The notes under the pieces were generated by a model. That model saw only the letters and a program-made list of their open reading frames with translations, made no database searches and was not told where the DNA came from. A stretch of DNA of 64,000 nt, from the NCBI RefSeq assembly GCF_006345805.1, contig NC_043025.1:9486001-9550000 (forward strand). Reading direction: 5' to 3'. The stretch is from Octopus sinensis. Taxonomy: Eukaryota. Of this stretch, positions 49,836 through 61,814 are shown one piece after another (the stretch's first letter is position 1; each line of letters starts with the position of its first letter). A program made the position numbers and the translations under genes.

Positions 49836-49946
49836 GTGATTTGATAAATGAGCGAATGGATAAGTGAACGGAGAGGAACACGCATTAATATTTTGCAGAA
49901 GTTTGTAAAGTTTTCCATAAACTTTGTGAATGAATGACAGGATAGA

Positions 49947-50036
49947 CGGATCTTTTCTATTTTGATGGACGGAATTTTCTAGTTAACTAAAAAATTTGAA
50001 ACTTCGTATATCCGTCCATCAAAAAGAAAAGATCCG
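49947..50036. other. About 27-bp inverted repeat (hairpin) about 110 nt after the NAXD stop
   Basis: CGGATCTTTTCTATTTTGATGGACGGA pairs with TCCGTCCATCAAAAAGAAAAGATCCG. Confidence 0.8.
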
Positions 50037-50054
50037 GATAGACGAATGAACTGG

Positions 50055-50828
50055 GGCGATCTTACGGTATAAGTACCGGTGTACTAACGGAAGTACCGGA
50101 TACATTTCAAAAGAGTGTTTTTTTTATATATATATGGGGGGCTATAGGGTTTCTCTTAGGGTTAGGGTTAGAAGCGATCCTTCGGTGTAGGTACACACGT
50201 GACTTTGTTTACATTTCCGAAGATAACAGAAACCCTTTTCTCCCACCTCTAACCCAACTCTAACACAAACCCTAACCCCCTTGGCAGACACGTTAGCACG
50301 CCGGACGAAATGCTTAGCGGTATTTCGTCTGCCGTTACGTTCTGAGTTCAAATTCCTCCGAGATCGACTTTGCCTGTCATCCTTTCGGGGTCGATTAAAT
50401 AAGTACCAGTTACGCACTGGGGTCGATGTAATCGACTTGATACCTATGTCTGTCCTTGTTAGTCCCCTCTATGTTTAGCCCCTTGTGGGTAGTAAAGAAA
50501 TATGTATTTCGTCTGCCGTTACGTTCTGAGTTCAAATTCCGCCGAGGTCGACTTTGCCTTTCATCCTTTCGGGGTCGATAAATAAAGTACCAGTTTCGCA
50601 CTGGGACCGATATAATCGACTCAATCCCTTTGTTTGTCCCCTCTGTGTTTAGCCCCTTGCGGGCAATAGAGAAATATATATATGTACACACGTGACTTTG
50701 TTTACATTTCTGAAGATAACAGAAACCCTTTTCTCCCACCCCTAACCCTAACAGAAACTCTAATCCCCTATATATAAAAAAATCCCACTTTTTTTAGATG
50801 TATCCAGTACTGGTACCGTAAGATCGCC
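50055..50828. mobile_element. MITE with long inverted termini containing TTAGGG repeats; SINE dimer inserted at 50281 to about 50675
   Basis: GGCGATCTTACGGTA / TACCGTAAGATCGCC ends; TTAGGGTTAGGGTTAG at 50156 and CCTAACCCTAAC at about 50741. Confidence 0.75.
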
Positions 50829-50829
50829 A

Positions 50830-51264
50830 AATGTGAATGAAAGAAAGAATAAGTGAATGAATATGGCACGGAATGGCTGAACAGAGGATTGGATATGACT
50901 GCTGAAATTTCTCTTTTCCACACACTTTATGAATGAGAGAATGAGCGAATAAATATGTCACGGAATGAATGAAGAGAGGAACTGGTCAGTTCGGATATGA
51001 TTGCTAAAGTCTGTTTTGCACAAACTCTATGAATGAAAGAATGAGCGAATGTACGTGTGGCGGAATGAACGAAGAAAGGAACTGGTCACTTCGGATATGA
51101 TTGCTAAAGTTTGTTTTGCACAAACTCTATGAATGAAAGAATGAGCGAATGTACGTGTGGCGGAATGAACGAAGAAAGGAACTGGTCACTTCGGATATGA
51201 TTGCTAAAGTTTGTTTTGTACAAACTCTATGAATGAAAGAATGAGCGAATGTACGTGTGGCGGA
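50830..51264 (+). repeat. About 4 x 100-bp tandem repeat derived from the NAXD stop-codon region
   Basis: TCGGATATGA at 50991, 51091 and 51191. Unit aligns to 49781-49858. Confidence 0.8.
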
Positions 51265-52959
51265 TTGACTGATCGAATGAGAGAATGAACGAACGTGTGA
51301 GCATGAGAATAAAAACCTCTCAACAAGAACTGATGAACGAAAAAGCGAGTAATTGAATGATGTAAAAAAAAGTGAATAAATTAAAATATGAATTAACAAA
51401 CAAATGCCATAGTAATTGAATGAGCGATGAGAATAAAGGAACAATCGAATGAAGGACTGAAGGAATAACATCTTTGTTTCTTTGTACTGTTTTCATGTTA
51501 TAAAATTGACAATTTATCGTATTTGACAGCGTAAAAGATGTACCCCCAATGTCAGCAGCAGCACCTGTTCAGGTAAAAGTTTTGGTAATTTTTCAGAGTA
51601 ACACCCGCACGATTTTCACTAAAAAAAAAAAAAAACTCGGATTTTTTGCGTGGAACCAAGTACCTATTTCTTTACTAGCCACAAGGGGCTAAACACAGAG
51701 AGGACAAACAAGGAAAGACATAGGTTTTAAGTCGATTATATCGACCCCCCAGTGCGTAACTGGTACTTATTTAATCGACCCCGAAAGGATGAAAGGCAAA
51801 GTCGACCTCGGCGGAATTTGAACTCAGAACGTAGCAGCAGACCAAGTACCTATTTCTTTACTACCCACAAGGGGCTAAACACAGAGAGGACAAACAAGGA
51901 AAGACATAGGTTTTAAGTCGATTATATCGACCCCCCCCCAGTGCGTAACTGGTACTTATTTAATCGACCCCGAAAGGATGAAAGGCAAAGTCGACCTCGG
52001 CGGAATTTGAACTCAGAACGTAGCGGCGGACGAAATACCTCTAGACATTTCGTCCGGACCCCCTAACATGCTGCAAATCCCTTATTTTCGTTCGGGAGGA
52101 GGGGGTGGCGAATGGGGAGACCCCCTACCAGGATTAATTGGAATTTTTTCCCCCCCGTTGAATGAATTCTTGTGACATCCTAATATGCTACAAAACCCCC
52201 TTTTGGGGGTTGGGGGTTTTGTAGCATAAAAACGGAGTACGGTGAGGTGGAACCCTCGGAAATTTCAACCCAATCCCATTTCAAAATTCCGATTTTCGGC
52301 AATTTTCCGGAATCTACGTATCCGAAAACTTAGGTTTTACTCTTTTACTTGTTTCAGTCATTTGACTGCGGCCATGCTGGAGCACCGCCTTTAGTCGAGC
52401 AACTCGACCCCGGGACTTATTCTTTTTGTAAGCCCAGTACTTATTCTATCGGTCTCTCTTTTGCCGAACCGCTAAGTAACGGGGACATAAACACACCAGC
52501 ATCGGTTGTCAAGCAATGCTAGGGGGACAAACACAGACACACAAATAGAAAAAAATTTTAAAAAACAAACAAACAATAATTTGCGAGAAACTGGGGGGCG
52601 GGCAGACAGGAGGAAGTCTCTCCCATAAAAAAGTATCGTAAAACGAACTTTTATGGTGCCTGTTAGATAGATAAGCTACAATGTGTGACCTGCAATACGA
52701 TATTTACCTTGCTATGACATTTAAGGTGATTGCTATACACACGACGATGCCGAACGAATAACGCGATATTTAGCCTGCTTTTTGAATGCGTGCTGACAAC
52801 TTGATGGAAAGAATAGAGAAGAATCTAAGCGATAAGGAACCACCGCTGCTGTGTAAACATTATTAGGAAAGATGTCTCAGTGAAGTACTGAAGCAGAAAG
52901 TAATTTACTTTATATAAACACGACAACCACTGAGACAGGTGTCGAGAGAGAGGCATAGG

Positions 52960-53530
52960 TAAACAGATAGATAGATAGATATAGAGGGAGGGATAGATAG
53001 ATATACAGGGAGAGATAGACAGATAGATATACAGGGAGAGACACAGATATATATAGAGGGAGAGATTGATAGATATACAGGGAGAGGTAGATAGATAAAC
53101 AGGGAGAGACAGACAGATAGATAGATAGATATACAGGGAGAGATAGATAGATATATATAGAGGGAGAGATAGATAGATATACAGGGAGAGATAGATATAG
53201 AGGGGGAGATAGATAGATAAACAGGGAGAGACAGACAGATAGATAGATATACAGGGAGAGACAGATATAGAGGGAGAGATAGATAGATATATAGAGGGAG
53301 AGACAGACAGATAGATAGATAGATATAGAGGGAGAGATAGATAGATAGATATAGAGGGAGAGATAGATAGATATACAGGGAGAGATAGCTAGATATACAG
53401 AGATGGATAGATAGATAGATATGCAGGGATAGATAGATATACGGGAATAGACAGATAGATGGATATACAGGGAGAGACAGATAGATATAAAGGGATAGAT
53501 AGATAGGAGGATGGATGGATGGGTAGATAG
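52960..53530. repeat. (GATA)n-based compound repeat with recurring TACAGGGAGA/TAGAGGGAGA modules
   Basis: Read directly. Confidence 0.9.
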
Positions 53531-53608
53531 ACAGATGAACAGAGAGAACTAAAAAAAATTAAAGAACTGCCGCCGTATAAACACGGCGACTATAAAAGAT
53601 GACACTAT

Positions 53609-53642
<34 letters not shown>

Positions 53643-54115
53643 CCCTTCGATTTAGATTCCTAACTCCTCCCACATTTTGCGGTGCAGTTTAACCAAATTC
53701 GGGTATCTTATAGTCGTGATTCATATCGAGCTCGTCTGAGTATTAGCGCGCGTCTACGATGAGTCTACGATTTTAAAAATAATTTAACATCATTTTTTAT
53801 TCCATTTTAATGCATAATTTTTCGTGTGTCGATGGCGGCGGAGTTGGCGTCCATGGTCACACCTGCACCTGTGTGGCTTCTCCCCCTTCTTCCCGCCCTC
53901 GTGAAGCTGTGGGGAAGGAATGTAAGGAATCAACGTCGTAATGCGTTGTCAAGGAGACCAGCGTTCTTTTAGAACAACGACTTCATGGCTTGAAGACACC
54001 AAAACAGAAATGGCTAAGAAAGCCCGAATTGGCATCTATAAGGGAAGTAACTCTCTAAAAATGCTTATATAGTTATTTCCCTTACAAACCGAGCAAACGC
54101 GGGGCGATACTACTA

Positions 54116-54154
<39 letters not shown>

Positions 54155-55045
54155 TATATAACATGATAGCATATCTGTGAAAAGTGACTCGGAAAACAAG
54201 TAGAAAGAGGTATAGAAAGAAGAGGGAGAGAGAGAGAGAATTAAAAGAGAAAAACTAGAAACTTTCATTGTTATCACGACATTCACTGTGAAAGTTTCGT
54301 CAGAAAACTTCATAGGAATTAAGGAAGTTTCGCGATATAAAGAAGACGATGGCAGCGAAAGATTTCACAGAAAACTATAAAGAAAAAAAATAGGAAAAAA
54401 GAAAGAGCCACTGTGATAGAAATCTCTGCAAAAACTACAAGAGAAGATGAGAAATTTTCACAGTATAAACACGACAGTCGGTGCGAAAAGAAGAAAAGAA
54501 AAATATGTCAAGGGATTTCCTGCATGAACACGAGAGTGACAGCGAAAAATTTCTCAGAATAAAAAATGAAAGAAAACTAGAAGAATCCACTGTGAAGAAT
54601 TCGTAAGAACTAAATAGTGAAAAATTGTCACTGTAGAAATATGACAGTCACTGTGAAAATTCCTCAGAAATTAAAAGACCATAGAGAATTTTTTGTATAA
54701 ACATGACAGCCAGAGTAAAAATTTCTTTTAAAAGAATAATAAAAACTTCCACTATGAAGGAAGGAAGCCTTTGCAAAAACTAAAAGAGAATTTTCAGAAA
54801 GAACCGTCGTAGAATAAAACTCGATGAACATGAGAGGCACTGGTAACAAAAATAAAATTAAAGTTCTATGAAGAAATACACGAAGATTAAGGGACATGAG
54901 GGCCACTGCGAAAGAAGCCTCTGCCATGACACTGCATCCTTTAAGGCCCTCATGCTTTCCAAAATCCGCCGTAACTACACCTGATTATACATACACTTTA
55001 GATGAGCTGTAGTGCACCTGAGCACTGTACACAATGTTTTTATTA

Positions 55046-55090
<45 letters not shown>

Positions 55091-55180
55091 TTTAAAACAA
55101 AACAAGAAACTGCGATTAGGGCCGCCCTCCAGACAAAGCCTTTCTTGGGGGTCATTACGAATTATGGCATACATAGATAT

Positions 55181-55751
55181 ATTTCTTTATTGCCCACAAG
55201 GGGCTAAACATAGAGGGGACAGACAAACGGATTAAGTTGATTACATTCGACCCCATTGCGTAACTGGTACTTAATTTATCGACCCCGAAAGGATGAAAGG
55301 CAAAGTCGACCTCGGCGGAATTTGAACTCAGAACGTAGCGGCAGACGAAATACCTATTTCTTTACTCCCCACAAGGGGCTAAACATAGAGGGGACAGACA
55401 AACGGATTAAGTTGATTACATTCGACCCCAGTGCGTAACTGGTACTTAATTTATCGACACCGAAAGGATGAAAGGCAAAGTCGACCTCGGTGGAATTTGA
55501 ACTCAGAAGGTAGCGGCAGACGAAATACCTATTTCTTTACTACCCACAAGGGGCTAAACATAGAGGGGACAGACAAACGGATTAAGTTGATTACATCGAC
55601 CCCCAGTGCGTAACTGGTACTTAATTTATCGACCCCGAAAGGATGAAAGGCAAAGTCGACCTCGGCGGAATTTGAACTCACAACGTAACGGCAGACGAAA
55701 TACGGCTACGCATTTCGTCCGGTGTGCTAACGTTTCTGCCATCTCGCCGCC
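55181..55751 (-). mobile_element. Meta-like SINE trimer (one head, three bodies) with a 12-bp target-site duplication
   Basis: ATACATAGATAT at 55169-55180 and 55752-55763 flanks the whole multimer. A dimer of the same type lies at about 51655-52050. Confidence 0.9.
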
Positions 55752-57109
55752 ATACATAGATATGCATTATGGCCCTAAACCCGTCAGTCCCCCGGTCAGC
55801 AACCTAATGGGATCTTGCAATCAGACGGCACTGTGTAAAAGCGATATATACTGCAAACTAAGACAATCAGAATGGAAGATATCCCAGGAAAAAATGAAGA
55901 GAGGGTATTTTTAAAATTCTTCCAACTACTTCAAGTAATTCAAATATGCACCAGATTTTCTTTAAAACTTTCCACACACTTTTACTTGTTTCAGTCATTT
56001 GACTGCGGCCATGCTGGAGCACTGCCTTTTAGTCGAGCAACTCGACCCCGAGACTTATACTTTTGTAAGCCCAGTACTTATTCTATCGGTCTCTTTTGCC
56101 GAACCACTAAGTGACGGGGACGTAAACACACCAGCATCGGTTGTCAAGCAATGCTAGGGGGACAACACAGATACACAAACACACACACATACATACATAT
56201 ATATACATATATACGACAGGCTTCTTTCAGTTTCCATCTACCAAATCCACTCACAAGGCATTGGTCGGCCCGGGGCTATAGCAGAAGACACTTGCCCAAG
56301 GTGCCACGCAGTGGGACTGAACCCGGAACCATATGGCTGGTAAGCAAGCTACTTACCACACAGCCACTCCCGCGCCTATAACGAAAATCACTTTTTTTTT
56401 TCTTTTTACTAGAAATTAATAGAGAGAAGCAACAAGTATTTAAAATTGTTTAATATTACGCAGCTTGAAAATAAATGCTTGTAGGTTTGGTTTTTGTTTT
56501 TTTTACTAAATTTCTAGAAGAAAAATTATTGCAATTTTCATCATCAGTATGCAAAAGCTGCAACGGTGTTGAAAACGTGAAATATTTGAAGTGGTTGAAT
56601 GAATTTTAAAACGATCTTAATCAGAAAGTATTCGACTGCCGCTGTATAATATTTATTCCCATATATTATATATATATATATATATATCACCGTGACCGAC
56701 CAGGCCATCAGATGTTGTTACACATCGCTGGTCACAATGCGCTTCGCATTGTTTTAGCCTTCAAATGACGCCACCCCGCTGGCGAAGCGAGCAGGCCAAC
56801 AGAAGAAAGAGTGAGAGAAAGTTGCGGCGAAGGAGTACAGCAGGGATTGCCACCACCCCCTGCCGGAGCCTCGTGGAGCTTTAGGTGTTTTCGCTCAATA
56901 AACACTCACAACGCCCGGTCTGGGAATCGAAACCGCGAGTCCCCTGCCCTAACCACTGGGCCATAGCTATATATATATATATATATAAGAATGAATGTTT
57001 TTATATATAATGAACGTGAATACAGGAAGGGACGAACACGGAACACAGACAAATCATTCGAAGCCTTCAATCTTCAGTCAGACACCGAATCATCATAGCA
57101 AATTTCGGC

Positions 57110-57237
57110 TATAATATATAGCTTTTATATATATATAGCTATATATATTTATATATATATATATATATAGATATATATATATATATATATATATTATCCA
57201 TATAGCTTGTTATATGTATATAGCTTATATATATATA

Positions 57238-57293
<56 letters not shown>

Positions 57294-57833
57294 CATATAT
57301 ATATATATAGCTATATATATATATATCTAATATAGATATATAGCTATAATATATATAGATATAGCATATATATATATATATATATATATAGCTGTTTGAT
57401 ATATATATAGATATATATATATATATATAGCGTGTTTATATATATATAGCTATATATATATAGATATATATATATATATATATAGCTGTTTATATATATA
57501 TATATATATAGCTATATATATATATATAGCTATATATAATATATATAGCGATATATATATATATATATATATATAGCTATATATATAGAATATATATAAT
57601 ATATAGCTATATATATATATAATATAGCTATATTAATATATAGCTATATATATATATATAGCTATATATATATATATAGCTATATATATATATATTATAG
57701 CTATATATATATATATAGCTATATATTATATATAATTAAGCTATATATATATAAATAGCTATATAATATATATATAGATATTATATATATATATAGATAT
57801 ATATATATATATATAAGCTATATATATATATAG

Positions 57834-57870
<37 letters not shown>

Positions 57871-57912
57871 CTATATAATATATATATATATTATATATAA
57901 TATATATATAGC
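57110..57912. repeat. Long interrupted (TA)n tract
   Basis: Read directly; the irregular GC interruptions may be low base-call quality. Confidence 0.9.
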
Positions 57913-58257
57913 TGTATTATGGATATAAAAATACATGTAGCAGTACGAAACCAATTCGCCCCTAAACGAAATGAAAAACAAATAAGGGGGCGGAACACAG
58001 AAGAAGTCCCCGCCCGGCAAAAGAGAAGTCAAGGAACTGCACGCTAGTCTCTATGATGCCTGAAACAAACAATAGAACACATCTCATTCTCTAAGTTAGG
58101 ATCAACGAAGATAAGAATGAACGTGGACGACTAAGATAGAGAATGTTAAATCCAGACTAGACTGCAACGGACCTCCTACTAACATCAATAAAACGGCTGC
58201 TATATATAGACATGGCAGCACCTTGCTAACAGAGCCACTGATTTGGCTCATTTGCAT

Positions 58258-59310
58258 AATTAGTTATTTTCTGTAGTCGTTCTGTTTTAGCTTCAGGCGG
58301 TGAGTTGGCAGAGGTGTTAGAGCGTCGGCAAAAATACTTGGTAGGTGGTTTTTTTCTTCTTTACGTTCTGGGTTCGAATCTCAGGCTTTCGGGGTTTACA
58401 TAATTAGTTTTTTTCTGTAATTGTTCTAGTTTGAGGTGGTGAGTTGGCAGAGGTGTTAGAGCGTCGGCAAAAATACTTGGTAGATTATTTTCCCCCTTAC
58501 GTTCTGGGTTCGAATCTCAGGCTTTCGGGGTTTTCACAATTAGTTTTTTTCTGTAGTTTCGTTGTAGTTTGAGGTGGTGCGTTGGCAGAGGTGTTAGAGC
58601 GTCGGCAAATATACTTGGCAGGTTTTTTTTTCCCCTTACGTTCTGGGTTCGAATCTCAGGCTTTCGGGGTTTACATAATTAGTTATTTTCTGTAGTCGTT
58701 CCGTTTTACCTTGAGGTGGTGCGTTGGCAGAGATGTTAGAGCGTCGACAAAAATACTTTGTAGGTTTTTTTTTCTTTATGTTCTGGGTTCGAATCTCAGG
58801 CTTTCGGGGTTTATATAATTAGTTTTTTTCTGTAGTTTTGTTTACCATGAGGTGGTGCGTTGGCAGAGGTGTTAAAGCGTCGGCGAAAATACGAGGCAGG
58901 TTTTTTTTCCCCCTTACGTTCTGGGTTCGAATCTCAGGCTTTCGGGGTTTACATAATTAGTTTTTTTTCTGTAATTGTTCTGTTTTAACTTCAGGTGGTG
59001 CGTTGGCAGAGGTGTTAGAGCGTCGGCAAAAATACTTGGCAGGTCTTATTTTCTTCTTTACGTTCTGGGTTCGAATCTCAGGCTTTCGGGCTTTACATAA
59101 TTAGTTTTTTTTTCTGTAGTTTTGTTTTAGTTTGAGGTGGTGCGTTGGCAGAGGTGTTAGAGCGTCGGCAAATATAATTGGCAGGTTTTTTTTTTTCTTT
59201 ACGTTCTGGGTTCGAATCTCAGGCTTTCGGGGTTTACATTAGTTATTTTCTGTAGATCATGTTTTAGCTCGAGGCAGCAAGTTGACAGAAGTAATAGAAC
59301 GTTGGTGAAA
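58258..59310 (+). repeat. Tandem array of seven about 140-bp units plus a partial, derived from the Meta-like SINE head
   Basis: Unit starts at about 58258, 58402, 58538, 58677, 58817, 58955, 59099 and 59238. Each has G(C/T)GGTG(A/C)GTTGGCAGAG...GTTCTGGGTTCGAATCTCAGGCTTTCGGGG. Confidence 0.85.
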
Positions 59311-59327
59311 AAAAGAAAGAAAAAATG

Positions 59328-59570
59328 GGCACTACTTGAGAACAGTGGTCCCGGTGCGCGCACTCGCGTACTCGCGCAACCGCGCTAGCTAGTCATGACT
59401 AGTCGATTCTTACTTTGTGTGTTGTGTACTTTGTGTAAAAAAATTATTTAATTTTGTGTTTTATTTACTTTGCTAGGTAGTCGTTGTGGGATCGACTAGT
59501 CACGACTAGCTAGCGCGGATGCGTTAGTACGCGAGTGCGCGCACCGGGACCACTGTTCTTAAGTAGTACC
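59328..59570. mobile_element. MITE with about 82-bp CpG-rich terminal inverted repeats
   Basis: 59328-59409 vs 59488-59570 are reverse complements with about 6 mismatches. A deleted arm fragment is at 45828-45860. Confidence 0.85.
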
Positions 59571-59704
59571 AAAAAAAATGCTTACTGTTATTTCTTCCTG
59601 CCCTCAGGGTTCAAATCTCATTATTCTTTTGAGATTCGTGCATAATTATTTTGTGTCGATGTTATTTTCTATCTCGTAATAGTGTTAGAGCGTCGGGGAA
59701 AGAA

Positions 59705-60620
59705 AATACGAAGCGGTATTTCTTATCGACTTAATACCTGTCTGTCCTTGTTTGTCCCCTCTGTGTTTAGCCCCTTGTGGGTAATAAAGAAACAGGTATT
59801 TCTTAATGTTTAAGGCGGCGAGCTGGCCGACTTAGCCTTTCATCCTTTCGGGGTTCGATATAATCGACTTAATCCGTTTGTCTGTCCTTGTTTGTCCCCT
59901 CTGTGTTTAGCTCCTTGTGGGTAGTAAAGAAATAGGTATTTCGTCTGCCGCTACGTTCTGAGTTCAAATTCCGCCGAGGTCAACTTTGCCTTTCATCCTT
60001 TCGGGTTGATAAAGTACCTGTTACGCATATAATCGTAGCGGCAGACGAAATACCTATTTCTTTACTACCCACAAGGGGCTAAACACAGAGGGGACAAACA
60101 AGGACAGACAAACGGATTAAGTCAATTATATCGACCCCAGTGCGTAACTGGTACTTAATTTATCGACCCCGAAAGGATGAAAGGCAAAGTCGACCTCGGC
60201 GGAATTTGAACTTAGAACGTAACGGCAGACGAAATACATATTTCTTTACTACCCACAAGGGACTAAACACAGAGAGGACAAACAAGGACAGACAAATAGA
60301 TTAAGTCGATTATATCGACCCCGAAAAGATGAAAGGCAAAGTCGGCATCGACGGAATTTGAACTCAGAACGTAACGGCAAACGAAATACCTATTTCTTTA
60401 CTACCCACAAGGGGCTAAACATAGAGGGGACAAGCAAGGACAGACAAACGGATTAAGTCGATTATATCGACCCCAGTGCGCAACTGGTACTTATTTAATC
60501 GACCCCGAAAGGATGAAAGGCTAAGTCGACCTGGGCGGAATTTGAACTCGGAACGTAGCGCCAGACGAAATACCTTTAAGCATTTCGCCCGACGTGCTAA
60601 CGATTCTGCCAGCTCGCAGC
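59705..60620. mobile_element. Meta-like SINE cluster: + strand pieces (59705-60030) abutting a - strand multimer (60034-60620)
   Basis: Body sequence and the GAAATAGGTATTTC junction occur in both orientations. Confidence 0.8.
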
Positions 60621-61503
60621 CTTATGTTTAAGTAAATACTATTGTTACGGAATCAGACGAGACAGAAGAGATCGTCTGGATTAAAAATTAGTGCATATTA
60701 GTGAGTGTGATAAAATTAGTTTGAGGGAGGCCAAATTTGTATTAAGGACCTGAGATAATTCAGACAATATTTTTATTAAAAAAAAGAAAGAAAATCCGTA
60801 ATTTATATCTCATGAGATGCAGCTCTTATGAAAAGATGACCAGAGACCAAACAAGCATGGAGGCTCTAGAAGAATTTTCGTGTGAGTATATAACGATAAT
60901 TTTGATGAAATTGGAGAAAAATGAAGGGTTGGAGTTTTCTTTAAATCTTTTTCGATCATTATGCCACATTTACCCGCCGCCCAATATATCTCTCTCTCTA
61001 TTTTTTCCTGAAAAATTTGCCGGCAAAATGATATTGTATATGTTCAATAAGGGTCGGGACCTCCTGACGAGCTTGGAGGCTCAAGACAGATTCATTTTAC
61101 AAATCGTTGATAATTTTAATAATAACTAGCAGTATTGCTCGGGTTTGTTTCGCCCCTTTAGAGTTGGAATTTTTGAAAAGTATAAATTTTGCATTATGTA
61201 GCTTGTTATTCTCTTTAAGTGAACATTTTTCTGGTTGAAATACACCGAAAAATGGCGACACAGCAGTCAAAAAATCGTAAAAAATAGGGATTTTCATAGA
61301 AAAGAAAGCACTTTTTGATGTAAATAATTTTTGGTGTTAACATGGTCCTATTTGAATTTTATCTATTACGGAATGAAGAGCAAGCCTTCTTCTATCATAC
61401 CCTCGATTTTGGTCAACTGGTGCCGCAGGGTCTCAGAGGAGATAGAGTTAGTTGAAGGCTACCAAACCTGCCATACGCAGACAACTTCAGCTTTATATAT
61501 ATA

Positions 61504-61584
61504 CTAAGTAATTAGGGTTTAGCAACGATTTGCCTCACCACACAGAACGTAAGGCAAATCGTTGCTAAACCCTTAATTACTTAG
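61504..61584. mobile_element. 81-bp near-perfect palindromic mini-MITE flanked by TA
   Basis: CTAAGTAATTAGGGTTTAGCAACGATTTGCCT / 16-nt loop / AGGCAAATCGTTGCTAAACCCTTAATTACTTAG, one indel. Confidence 0.75.
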
Positions 61585-61683
61585 TATTACTTAAACCTTC
61601 CTTGAATGGGGCTTTTACATGCCGAACTCTACTTGGTGAAATTAATGATTATTTCTAAATTAATTAGTTTCACCCTTTATTAT

Positions 61684-61717
<34 letters not shown>

Positions 61718-61750
61718 GTAAGATAATATGTGAAAATTATTCGGTAGCCA

Positions 61751-61814
61751 AGATAAAACTCTGAGTTTCGGATACCGAGGTGAAGATCCACACACACCAT
61801 CTCTTCGGTTATCT
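61751..61814 (-). ncRNA. Hammerhead-like relic in a Penelope-like fragment (about 61700-62085)
   Basis: Minus strand AGATAA-CCGAAGA-(imperfect stem II)-GAA-ACTCaGAGT-T-TTATCT: 6-bp stem I, palindromic stem III, U4-to-C change in the core. Confidence 0.45.

Noticed and set aside
57050-57115. Hammerhead around CTGAAGA/GCCGAAA on the - strand
   Set aside because: Motifs are in the wrong order and stems are not reconstructable; the region borders a noisy (TA)n tract.
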